Positions 11,770 through 23,539 of a DNA stretch of 64,000 nucleotides are shown here, piece after piece; position 1 is the stretch's first letter; the number at the start of each line of letters is the position of its first letter. Made by a program: the position numbers and the translations under genes. The notes under the pieces were generated by a model. That model ran no database searches. It saw nothing but the letters and a program-made list of their open reading frames with translations, and was not told the DNA's origin. The stretch lies in assembly GCF_044704955.1 (NCBI RefSeq), contig NC_091995.1, positions 15,934,001 through 15,998,000 of the forward strand, given 5' to 3'. Origin of the DNA: Pristiophorus japonicus. Taxonomy: Eukaryota.

Positions 11770-11897
11770 GTCGGGGCCAACCAGATAACAGCCGAAGACC
11801 GCTGCTTTGGCAGCTGCTTATACTCGGAGTGAAACTTGCAGTGTTTGTTGTGATCATCATTATAACAATTTGTCTCGTACGTTTCTGGGCGTGTTGA
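11770..11897 (+). CDS. NCR3: Gene A transmembrane exon with Lys (activating type), very short tail
   Basis: Acceptor tctctacag|. Encodes GRGQPDNSRRPLLWQLLILGVKLAVFVVIIIITICLVRFWAC*. Homologous to gene C TM exon (WQLFILGVKLAVF). Confidence 0.82.
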
Positions 11898-12452
11898 GGT
11901 TCTGTCATGGCATTCATTGCAGAGCGAGAGGGAATTGAGCTAACAGGCACGTGTTCAGTGGAAAACTGCAAAACGAAACCGATTGGCACATTGGACAGTT
12001 TTGGATTAAGAAGAAAAATTGCAAGTGAAATGGTTCTAATTGTTAAATGCAAACGTAAAAAATGTATATAGTAAGTTAACGTACATTGTGCTCGGGAATG
12101 TTTCTATAGCACTTGTTATCTTGGTGTAATTCAATATTAGGAGTGTTTTACTTTTAACAAATCGTATGCTGTGTTATTCAAGTAATTAAACCATTTCGTC
12201 AAAAATAGCAGTTTAATAAATACTAAGATATTTGCACGATGTAACTAATTGTACTGCAATTTTTGACAGATAGTTGAAAAGCCACGCCCCCTGTCAAGCC
12301 CCGCACACCCCCCCACCCCCCCTTCCTCCCAGCTCGAATCAATCCATGTGCGTAGTGTGAGAAGCAGGACCTGAGGCTCCAACTCTCCCTCCCCCCGCCA
12401 CCCTGCCCCACCCCCGCGGCCGCCGGGGAGCCGAGAGCGGCAGTACTGGGCG

Positions 12453-12545
12453 CGAGAGTGGCCGGTGGTCCTGGGACCGAGAGTGGCCGGCGGTCCTCTG
12501 GTCGAGAGCGGCCGGTGGACATTGGCCCGCGAGCGGCCGTCCTGG
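12453..12545 (+). repeat. GC-rich 25-bp tandem repeat, ~3.7 copies
   Basis: cgagagtggccggtggtcc... units start at 12453, 12478, 12503 and 12528. Confidence 0.7.
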
Positions 12546-12554
12546 ACACGATAG

Positions 12555-12607
12555 CGAGAGAGGCTGGGGGCAGAGAGAGGTTGCGGGGAGGAAAGAGAGA
12601 GGCTGGG

Positions 12608-12638
<31 letters not shown>

Positions 12639-12920
12639 GCTGGGAGCAGAGAGTGGTTGGGGGGAGGAGAGAGAGAGGTTGGGGGGAGAGAGAGAGAGAG
12701 AGAGGGACTGCGGCTAGACTGAAAGGCTGGTGGGAGAGGGAGAGAGACTGGAGGAGGAGTGAGGCTCTGGGGAGAGTGGGAAAGACACTGGAGGGAGAGT
12801 GAGAGTCTGGGGGGAGAAAGAGAGGGACTGGAGGGGGGTGTAATTGAGGCTGAGCGAGGGGAGAGGCAGGGGGGAGAGAGAGAATGGGGGGGCAGTGGAG
12901 AGATACGGACGGGGGGAAGA
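12555..12920. repeat. GA-rich low-complexity tract
   Basis: (GA)n/GGGGA purine-rich sequence. Confidence 0.85.
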
Positions 12921-12982
12921 CGGATCACGTTCTTCCAGCCCTCCACAAGGGACATCGTTGGAGTGGATGATAAGGCACGTCA

Positions 12983-13233
12983 GCTGGGGGAGGCATGCAC
13001 TTGGACTGAGATAAAGCACTTTGGCTGGGCGAAGCATGCACTTGGGCTGGGGTAAGACCCTTCGGCTGGTGGAGGCATGCACTTGGGCTCGGGTAAGGCA
13101 CTTTGGCTGGGGGAGGGATGTACTTGAACTGGGGTAAGGCACTTCGGCTGGGGGAGGCATGCACTTGGACTAGGGTAAGGCACTTCGGCTGGGGGAGGCA
13201 TGCACTTGGCCTGGGGTAAGGCACTTCGGCTGG
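12983..13233 (+). repeat. 41-bp minisatellite, 6 copies
   Basis: Unit gctgggggaggcatgcacttggactagggtaaggcacttcg, starting at 12983, 13024, 13065, 13106, 13147 and 13188. Confidence 0.92.
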
Positions 13234-15137
13234 CCCTTGCTGTCTCCTGGGGAGCTCTGTCCTCTCGCTTCAGGATGTCAAAGTGGATCAAGTTAAAATT
13301 TGCAAAGTCAGTGTGACCTTGGGATAGGCGGTTCCAGTTACACATTCCTTTGAAACTTCAGGGTGTGCCTCATCCTTCAAGGGGACCAATCAGGATCAAA
13401 GGGTGGAGCATGGTGGCCATTTTTGCAGTACAACCATGCACGTCCATATTTGCATCCACGGCCTCCTTTCTCCGAAAGGGACTGGGGATGGAAAAGTGGG
13501 GGTGAATCAGGCATGGTAGAATAGTGGGTAAATTACTGTATTAGTAATCCAGTCATCTGGTCGAGTAATCCAGCAACGTGAAATCAAATCGCACCATGGC
13601 AGCAGGGGGAATTTAAATTCAGTTCATTTAACAAATCTGGAATTAAAAATTGGTGTCAGTAATGATGACCAGATGGTCGTTAAAACAACATCTGTTTCAC
13701 TAATGTCCTTTAGGGAAGGAAATCTGCTGCCCTTACCCGGTCTGGACTATACATGACTCCAGACCCACAACAATGTGGTTTACTCTTACAAAATCAGAAT
13801 CCAGGAAACTGTAATAAAAACAACCAAAGATGGAAATTCTCAGCCGGCCAGACAGCATGTGTGGAGATAGAAACAGAGTTAAGGCTTCAGACCTGACCTG
13901 CTGACTATTTCCAGCAGTTCATGTGGTTCAGAGCTGCCCTCTGATATGGGCTAGAAAGCTATTCAAGGGCAACTAAGCATGGGCAATGAATGCTGATCTT
14001 GCCAGCGATGCCCACATCCCAGGAAGGACGAGTGACATGTAGCAACACAGACATAAAACGGAAAACTACTGTAAACACAGAAGTAAAATAACTAACAATA
14101 AACAATCGTTTATTACATTGTGTCCTTCATAACTAATAAATCCCTAATCGGCGCTGCATTTTTACTGGTAGTTATGTGTAAAACTCTGGAGCTCAAATTG
14201 AGCTTCAGGTATGCAACATATTGAAGAAGTTTGCTTCGTTAAGAAAAGTACCATCTAATAAGAACTGCACGGTTTATAGTAAACTCACAATCATGACTGG
14301 CAGAAGATTTTTTAATTTTACGAAGGAGAATGAATATTCGTCAAAAATTACTAGACATGTATTTTTTCTGTATTTTTCCTTGTCACTTTTTGGTAATTAT
14401 CTATCCTCAACAGAATAAGCGATAGGACAGCTAGGTATTGAAATGTCATTCCACTTTCTGCATTCACTGTGTAAGTCAAGCACTCACATGTGAGCTGCAG
14501 CACAGCCGACGGCAGCGACAGGCTCCTTTTACAGTTACGCAACAATGGGCCTTAACAGCATCTTCGAGAATAACCATAATATTTTAATAATCCTTTTATG
14601 TATTGTCCCGATGTTTTAAGAAGTAATTCGATATGTTCGACGGGACTGCCTTAGTGTAATAATTCTGGCCGTTACTCCCTGCACCTTATCACTTACACTT
14701 TTGGAGAGGATGCCGGTAGTAATACAGACTCTTAAAAGTAAGGGGGATATTTTATTAGATTGCATGAATGATATATTATCTATTACTTTCTACAAATATC
14801 TGCACCATTCGGGAATTATTGAGAAATGCACTTAGTGGAGGATTTAATTGCAATGATTGCAGTCAATTTTTCCCATGCCATTCATATTTATCTCTTAATC
14901 GTTAATATATTACAACACCACAACTGATGAATCTTTAATTTTCCTGTTTATTTCAATCTATAAACCAAGAAAGTGAATCGAAATAAGGACCAATAATTTG
15001 CGAAAAATGTACAAGGAAGAAATGGATTAGTACTCCCCTATGTTGAACACGCCATATTACCTTGTCCATTCAGGACAATGTAATATGTGGAACCGGGATG
15101 CAATCAGGACTCGTAGAATCATAGAATAGTTACTATA

Positions 15138-15565
15138 GTGTTAGCTGTGGCTCAGTGGGTAACACACTCACCTTTGAGTCAAAATGTTGTGGATTCAAGT
15201 CCTACTCTAGCGACTTAAGCACATAAATCTAGGCCGACACGCCAGTGGAGTGCTGCACTGTCCGAGATACTGTCTTTCGATGAGATGTTAAACTGAGGCC
15301 CGTCTGCTGTGAAATATCCCGTGGCACAATTTCGAAGAAGAGCAGGGAAGTTATCCGCGGTGTCCTGGCTAATATTTATCACTCAATCAACATAACAAAT
15401 AAACAGATTATCTGGACATTATCACATTGCTGTTTGTGGGAGCTTGCTTGTGCATAAATTGGCTGTTTCCCACATTACAACAGTGACAACACTCCATTGG
15501 CAGTGCAGCGCTTTCAGACGTGCGATGGTCGTGAAAGGCAGTATATACATCCAAGTCTTTCTTTT
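15138..15565 (+). mobile_element. DeuSINE (SacSINE1-like)
   Basis: tRNA-like head gtggctcagtggg...ggattcaagtcc plus the Deu core, as at 776-1235. Confidence 0.8.
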
Positions 15566-16569
15566 TTTTATTTCGAAAAAGCACGGCGTGCAAAATCAGA
15601 TGTTCGAAATGACCACTGTATTATATGACATGAAGGTCTGCTTCGGACAACCAGCATGGAAATTACTCGGCTCTAAATGTTAACCCAATAGGGTGATCTG
15701 TGGTTGGCCATTGCCCATGGTTGGGAGAAAGGAGCTCATCTATCATAGAATCATACAATGGTTACAGCAATGAAGAATGTCGAGACCGTGCCGGCTCTCT
15801 GGAAGGGAAATTCAGCTTGTTCCACGTAACAGCACTTTCCCCATAGCCCTGCAATTGTTTTCCTTCAGGCCTTTATCCAACTCCTTTTGAAAGCCGTGAT
15901 TGATTCTGCCTCCGTCACCCTTGCAGGAAGTGCATTCCAGATACTAACCACGCGCTTATGTAAAACAAAAATTCTGATGGCGGCTTTGGTTCTTTTGCCA
16001 ATCACTCAGGATGATAATTCCGTGATGCGATCAATGCTGGTAACAATAGATTTAAATTACTTTAGTTCTGGGCGCCTTGATAGAGCCTAGATTTGAAATA
16101 CCCGTGGATTCTGTCTCGAAGTGCATCCTTAAAATCCTAAACGGATCTTTAATGTGTTGTAAGAATGTAAAAATCTCTGTTTTGATGAACATTTAGGAGT
16201 TCAAATTACTCATTGCGATGTTACATATTAAACGAGTGTTTCCATTGATATTCACTAGAATGTGAATTTGTTCTTTTAATTTCTTCAATGGCTTATTTCA
16301 ACGAGTGGAATCGTGTTCGATAGCACACATATAGCTTAAACAAAATACACGTTTCCTGAATATAACCATTAATTTCAACTCTTCAATTCAAGTTGGCACT
16401 TACAAACGAAAGCTGGTGAAACGAACCCCCGATTCCTGGTTATGCATATTTAAAATATGAATTATGTCAAACTAGCAGATACCCGCATTTACGGTCAAAT
16501 GAGTATCATTATTGCAACGGTACTTGTTTAGACTATCATCTTCTTTGTCTATAGAATCAACGCTGATGT

Positions 16570-16925
16570 CCTCCCTCCCTCTCTTCCTGTCTCACTCTCT
16601 CTCCCTCACTTCCTCCACGCTCTCTATCCCTCTCTCTCCCCCTCACTCTTTCTCACTCTCCCTCACTCCCTCCCTGTCTCTCACCCTTCACTCTCTTTAC
16701 CCTCCCACCCTCCGTCTCCCTCCCTCCAACCCTATCTCTCCCACACTCTTCCACCCTTCCTCTCTAAACCTCCCTCCCGTCAATCTCTCCCCCCTCTCTC
16801 CCCCCTCTCTCTCCATCCCTCCAGGCCCCTCCTTCTCTCTCTGCACTCCCTCCTGCCCCCTCCCTACCTCTCTTCCCGTCACTGTCTCTCTCCCCCTTAC
16901 TTCTTCTCTCTTTCTCTTTCTCTAT
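16570..16925. repeat. CT-rich low-complexity tract
   Basis: Pyrimidine-rich sequence. Confidence 0.85.
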
Positions 16926-17220
16926 CCCGCCCGCTGCAGCGGCAGCCAAGCCCGGCGAGGCCGCGCGCCCATTGTCCCCGCCACATCCACTGGGCCATAG
17001 CTCCCCACCCTGATTGGTTGCGAGGCCGGACGGCCAGGCGGGCACTAATCTCCGATTGGTCGGTGCAAATTTCAATCATTCCGGAACACGTGCTCCAAAC
17101 ACGGGTCCGCCCCCGCCCCAGGCCAGACAACCGATGACGATTATTATTATAGATAAGAACAATTTCTCAGAAAAAAAACATTCAGAGAGCTATCATGTGA
17201 GTACACGTGACTAGGTAAGC
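16926..17220. promoter_or_regulatory. Candidate CpG-rich promoter (2 CCAAT boxes, ETS-like site, E-boxes, tandem GC boxes)
   Basis: ATTGG at 17013 and 17055, CCGGAA at 17081, CACGTG at 17087 and 17204, CCGCCC at 17107 and 17113; locally CpG-dense. Motif evidence only. Confidence 0.4.
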
Positions 17221-18284
17221 ACAAGTGCAAGTTAAACTTGCTCAGTGAATTAAAAAAATTGCATGGTGCAGTAATGAGCTACAAACGCCAGAAGGCACTG
17301 ACTTACTTCGCTCATCTGTGCTGAATTTCCCGCTTTGGCAGAACCGGAGCGGGGGTCGCTTTAATTAATCTCAGTAGTCTAAATAGGGAATATCAGCCGT
17401 GGTTCCTGCTCCTGAGACACAGTTTTGGAGATTCCTGTGTGTGAATGGCAGCCAAGGACCGGACAGGATTGGATTGACAAGCAGCCCATCATAAAAAAGG
17501 CGGCCTGCGCACATTCTCGAGGCTCACAAACTTAGATGGATCAGTTAGAGTAGATTTCAGCGAGCTGCCGTCGCGCATTGTACGATACCCAAGAATAAGT
17601 CACTGCCTGTTCGTAAAGGCATAAAACTGGTAGAATAATCATATGGTTAGCTACCTGTAATCGATTTTCCCAACTAAATAATTATATCTGTAGGGCTTGA
17701 TGCATAACAATTGCAGGGCGCCTCGTGACTTAATAAAGAGAGCTTAACATATCACTGTGCGCACAACGTTGCGTGCAATTACCGAAACATAGGGATATAA
17801 AATAGGAATATCACCCCAAACTAAAGTCTGCTCCCTTCACGCGCATGTCAAATTTGTAGAAAAACATCTTATGACAAAAGATTTACTGGAAAGACGATTT
17901 CCACATTGCATTTTTTTCAAACCGCGCTAAGGAAAGTCCCCGTGGGCCAGTTGTGATCCAATTTCAAGAAGGTTTGTCAATCAAGAAGATTGCGAAAAGA
18001 GAAGTGAAATTACACTCTGGGGAAGTCCTGCTCAGTACAAAATTAATCATCAGTTCGTGCTCTGGGTTATGTCTGCTCGCGGATACGTTTTTAATACTCC
18101 CGCATTTATCAATGAGTCTTATAGTCATTTCATATATATGCAGATTATATTTTAAGTGTTTATTTGGAAAGTACATCAAGTTACGGCAAGTCACGGAATA
18201 AGATCATTCGGCCCGACTGGTCCATGCCGCTGTTAATGCTCTACACAAGCCTCCTCCCACCGCTCATCATCTCATCCTATCATG

Positions 18285-18670
18285 AAAAAAATACTTGCAT
18301 TTATACAGCGCATTTGAAAACTACGGGACGTCATAAAGCTCTTTACAGCTAATGAAGTGAAATCAATGTTGGAATATAGGAACTGCAGCAGGAAAATTGC
18401 GTACTGCAAGCTCCCACAAACAACAATTTGATTGAGGGATAAGCATTAGACAGGACACTGGGGACAACGTCTTCGAAATAGAGCCGTGGGTTCATTTACA
18501 TTCACCTGAGAGAGCAGACCGGGCCTAGGTTTAATCTCTCACTTGAAAGACGGGACCACCGACAGTCCAGCATATCTCGGTACTGGACTGGAGTGTTCAG
18601 CCTGGAGTGGGACTTAGAACCCACAACCTTCAGACCCAGTGGCGATTGTGCTACCCACTGAGCCACAGCT
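18285..18670 (-). mobile_element. DeuSINE (SacSINE1-like)
   Basis: Reverse-complement copy ending in ctacccactgagccacagct. Confidence 0.75.
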
Positions 18671-19849
18671 GAAACTTCTAGTCGTAGCTGCCTTATATCA
18701 GCATAACCTTCTATTCCTATCTACCGCATGTGATTTTATAACTTCCCCTTCAACGCATCTATGTATACGTTGCATCAGTTCGCTCGAGTTCCACATTCTC
18801 AAAATTCTCTGCGTAAAGACGTTTCTCCTGAATTTCTTGTTGGATTTATTAGTGATTATATTATTCACGGTATTCACGGCATCAAGTTTTGGTTTCTAAC
18901 ACAAGTGGAAACGTTTGCTCTATGTCTATCTTTTCATTATCTTAAAGTTCCCTCTCGGGTCAACCCTCAGCCTACTCTTTTCTGGGTGTGGGATATACAA
19001 CAGCAGCATGAGTTTTAGATGAACTGAAGTTTATATAGGATGATTGGTGGGAGGCCGAAGAGAGCGTTGGAAAAGTGGTGTCTGGGGGCTACAAAGTCAT
19101 GGAAGAATGTTTGAGTGGCAGACGGACTGAAGTAAGGACGGTGGGAGGATGGTAAGGAGGTGAAAGAATGAAATCGCCATGAGAGTGGGGTTATGTGCTC
19201 TAGAATTTCAGCTCGGGGAGAACTAGGACGCCCTGGTTGTGAGTAGTCTGGTTCGGGGCCTCAGGGGAAGCTGAAGCAAGGTTCTTCTTTAGTCTTTCTG
19301 TCTCTGTGCGAAACGTCTGACATTCACGTGAAATTTCTCCAGCAAAATCCTTTGTGAAGTCTGGCTTTCAACCTATGGGGCGGGGGGGGGGGGGGTGACT
19401 CCGTGCTTTAAAGCCCCGCCCACTATTGAACACTTGATTTTAATTCAAGATTAGGAAATAACGGGTTCACATTATTATTCACGTGAAGAATCAGTGCAAG
19501 TACTCGGAGGGGAGTGCAGTATTACTCCAAATTGATTCCAATCTACTTACTTTCGTAAGATCTATCAAATTTGAACGAAAATACCAATCGCGACAAAATT
19601 GCTTGTAGAAGCAATGAGTTTACTTGCTTTTAAGTTAAGCTTAATATACTTTCTGAAATTTATATAACGCAGATGAAAAGCTACAATAGGTGTGGAATCA
19701 GTTCGGTGCCAATTTTTCTCACTCTTATCACTTCCATTCTGTTCTATCAAAAAAATGCCCAATGTAAATACTTGCAAGAAAAGAGTCTTTGACATCTGGC
19801 CCACATTTTTTCTTTCAATATGTTTGAAGAAGAACTGAACAAAATTATA

Positions 19850-20980
19850 ACTGAGATGAGGAGGAATTTCTTCTCTCAGAGAGTTGTCAATTTGTTGAAT
19901 TCTCTGCCCCAGAGAGTTGCGGAGGCTGGGTCATTGAATGTATTTAAAGCGGAGATAGGCAGTTTTTTGAATGATAAGGAAATAAAGGTATATGGTGAGC
20001 GAGCAGGGAAGTGGAGCTGAGTCCATGATCAGATTAGCCATGATCTTATTACATGGTGGGGCAGGCTCGAGGTGTTAAATGGCCTACTCCTGCTCCCATT
20101 ATCTTCTCATGTTCCTATGAAATGGCACAGCATTGAGGCACATATGCGATTTCCAATTATATTCTTCTGGCAAAGCGGGGTAAGGAATGTTGGACCACAT
20201 CTATCATCCAGTCCCTGTTTTATTGTCATCTCTCCATTCTTTATGTTTATGTCGCCAAGAGGAATTTATTGGAACCACACAATTTATGCTGTTGCAACAT
20301 TGGGTTAAAAGTTTTCTCAATGAACAAAGAACAACATGTACTGGAACTTTGCATTGATTGAAATCAAGCTGAAAGAAGGACAAAAGAAAAAAGTAACATC
20401 AGTGATATGACAGAGTGTGACACAGCGGGGTATGACATGGTTTAGCACTGCCTGCAAACGGTTAAATTTCAGATCAGCAAGAATGAGCTCTGAACACACA
20501 TGTGGGAATGGATCAGATTTTAGTTTTCAGATATAAACTGTTAACTAGATGGTGTGGAAATTGCAATGTGCTTGTGACATTGAAGCACGTATGTAGCATC
20601 CAAGCTATGCAGGCTGTGATAAGAGAAAAGATTCAAAATCATGAGGTGTGTGGATAGAATAGATAGAGAGAAACTGTCCTCATTGACAGAAGGGTCGAGG
20701 ACCAGACGATAGAGATTTAAGGTGATTGGAAAAAGAACCAAATTCGATGTAAGAAAAAACTTTTTAATGCAGCGAGCTGTTGGGATCTAGAATGCACTGC
20801 CTGAAAGGCTGGTGGATGCATACACAATTTTATCTTTTAAATGGTAATTAGTTAAATATTTGAAGGAAAAAAACTACAGTGATACAGGTAAAGGGCAGGG
20901 AAGTTGCACTAGGTGAGAGTTGATGGGCCGAAATGACTTCATCCGTGATGTAACCATTCTATAATTCTATGATTCTATGA
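19850..20980 (+). mobile_element. Two CR1 3'-end fragments (~19850-20120 and ~20625-20980)
   Basis: RRNFFSQRVVNL-type C-terminus and ATTCTATG-like tails. Confidence 0.75.
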
Positions 20981-21169
20981 GTACTTGTCATACTGTTCCA
21001 AAAAGGTGATATATAAAGATAATGTATAATGAGATTCGGCCTAGGACATTTGCACCTCCACTACTGCAACCTGCACAGGCTAGGTATAATCTGTTCTGTA
21101 CGTGCCGTTAATAATAGTCAACAAATTATTATTCAATTCTTCAGAAGCATACACATATAAGATACCTAC

Positions 21170-23380
21170 CCACAACATCGTTGTTGACTCTCAACTGCCC
21201 TCTGAAATGGCCTAGCAAGCCATTCAGTTGTACACAACCCCTGCGAAAAACAATAATAAGAATGAAACCAGACAGACCAGCTATGGACACGACAACGGCA
21301 CATCCAGCCCAATCAACCCTGAAAACTCCTTCTCACCAACATCTGGGGAATTGTGCCAAAATTGGAAAGCTGTCTGACAGACGAGTCAAGCAACAGCCTG
21401 ATACTGTCATACTTACAGAATCATATATTTCAGCCAATGTTTCAGATGCCTCCTTCACTGTCCCCGGGTATGTCCCTACCCCACCGGCAGGACAGACCCA
21501 GCAAGTGTGGCGGCACAGTGGTAGACAGTCGGGAGGGAGTGGCTTTGGGAGTCCTCAATATTGACTCTGGACAACATGAAGTCTAATGGCTTCAGGACAA
21601 GTATAGGCAAGGAAACCTCCTGCTGATTCCCAGCTACCACCCTCCATCAGCTGATGAATCAGTACTCCTCCATGTTGAACACCACTTGGAAGAGGTAATG
21701 AGTGTAGCAAAGGCACAGAATGTACTCTGGGTGGGGGACTTCAATGTCCATCATCAAGTGTGGCACGGTAGTACCATTACTGACCGAGCTGGCCTAGACC
21801 TGAAGGACATATCTGCCAGACTGGGCCTGCAGCAGGTTGTGAAAGAACCAACACGAGGGAAAATCCGACTTGACCTCGTCCTCACCAATCTACCTGTCGC
21901 AGATGCATCTGTCCATGACAGCATTGGTAGCAGTGACCACCGCATAGTCACTGTGGAGAGGAAGTCCCGTCTTCACACGGGGGACACCATCCACCATGCT
22001 AAATGGGATCGATTCAGAACATATCTAGTTTCTCAAAACTGGGCATCCATGAGGCCCTGTTGACCATCAGCACTAGCAGAATTGTATTCCACTACAATCT
22101 GTAGCCTCATGGACCAGTATATCCTTCACTCTACCATTACCATCAAGTGTGGGGTCGAAAACTGGTTCAACGAAGTGTGTAGAAGAGCATGCCAGGAGCA
22201 GTAACAGGCAGAGATGAGGCGAGAGTAATTGCCCTCGACAACAAAGCAGCATTTAATCGAGTATGGCATCAAGTAGCCTGAGTAAAAGTGAAGTCAATGA
22301 GAAACAGGGGGAAAACACTCCACTGGCTGGAATCATACCTAGCACAAAGGATGATGGTTGTAGAATTTGGAGGTCAATTAGCACAGCCCCAGGACATCGC
22401 TGCAGGAGATCCTCAGGCAATTTCCTAAGCCTAAACATCTCCAGTTTCTTCACCAATGACCTTCCCTCCATCATAAGGCCAGAAATGGGGATGTTTGCTG
22501 ATGACAGCACAGTGTTCAGTTCCATTCGCAACTCCTGAGATAATGGAACAGTCCATGCCGAAATGCAGCAATACCTGGACAACATTCAGGTTTTGGATAA
22601 TAAGTGGCAAGTAACCTTCGCACCATATAAGTGCCAGGTAATGGCTATCTCCAACAAGCGAGAGTCTAACCACCACCCCTTAACATTCAATGGCATTACC
22701 ACCACCGAATCCCCTACCATCAACATCATGGGGGACACCATTCACCAGAAACTTAACTGGACCAGCCACATTAAATACTGTTGCAGAAAGAGCAGGTCCA
22801 AAGCTGGCTATTCTGTGGTGAGTGTCTTGTCTCCTCACTGCCCAAAGCATTTCCACAATCTACAAAATGCAAGTCTGAAGTGTAATGGAATACTCTCCAA
22901 TTGCCTGGATGAGTGCAGCTCCAACAACACAGTAGAAGCTCGACACCATCCAGGACAAAGCAGCCCTCTTGACTTGCACTGCATCCACCTCCTTAACCAT
23001 TAACTCCCTCCATCACCAGCACACCGTGGCTGCAGTGTACCAGCTACAAGATGCATGCAGCACTCTCCAAGGCTTCGGCAGCACCTCCCAAACCCACAAC
23101 CTCTACTACATAGAAGGACAGGGCAGAATACACATGGGAACACCACCACCTCCACTTTCCCCTCCAAGTCACACATTATCCTGATGTGTGAACATATCGC
23201 CGTTCCTTCAACGTCACTGGGCCGAAATCCTGGAACTCCCTCCAGAAAAGCACAATGGGAGTACCATCACCACACGAACTGCAACGGTTCAAGAAGGTGG
23301 CTTACCACCAGCTTCTCAAGTGCAATTAGGAATGGGCAGAAAATGCTGGCCTTGCCAACAAACACCCACTTTCCTTGAAC
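21170..23380 (+). mobile_element. Decayed, internally deleted CR1/L2-group LINE (APE + RT)
   Basis: VILTES, WVGDFNVHH, EPTRG..LDLVLTN, SDH (endonuclease); FTNDLP..MFADD (RT); multiple stops. Confidence 0.85.
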
Positions 23381-23539
23381 GTATAAAAAACAACATACAC
23401 ATATTGTTTGGTGTCGCAACTTGATAAAGAGTGGCTGGGGCGGGGATCAGCGCGCATTGACAACAATATCTTGGACAACATTTATAATGGAAACCCTCTA
23501 TCCGAACATACGAAAAATGACAGACAGATAAACACCACA

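Larger units (their letters stand above)
2250..11897 (+). other. NCR3: Gene A: NCR3/NKp30-like activating receptor (leader 2250-2289, V 9632-9979, TM 11770-11897; 171 aa)
   Basis: Three exons with GT-AG phase-1 junctions join into one 516-nt ORF: MHPDTIIVMLLTST-VTIADIQVTQSP...YYCEVDLFDGSDTGKGTLVRVKG-RGQPDNSRRPLLWQLLILGVKLAVFVVIIIITICLVRFWAC*. The symbol is a family-level call, not 1:1 orthology. Confidence 0.8.

Noticed and set aside
11895-11897. In-frame TGA as selenocysteine
   Set aside because: It aligns with Arg rather than Cys in the paralogue, and no SECIS-like hairpin was recognised.
12983-13233. 41-bp array as a CRISPR array or a Pro/Cys repeat protein
   Set aside because: Head-to-tail units with no unique spacers in vertebrate DNA. 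A 41-bp period is not a multiple of 3, so the same peptide rotates through all frames.
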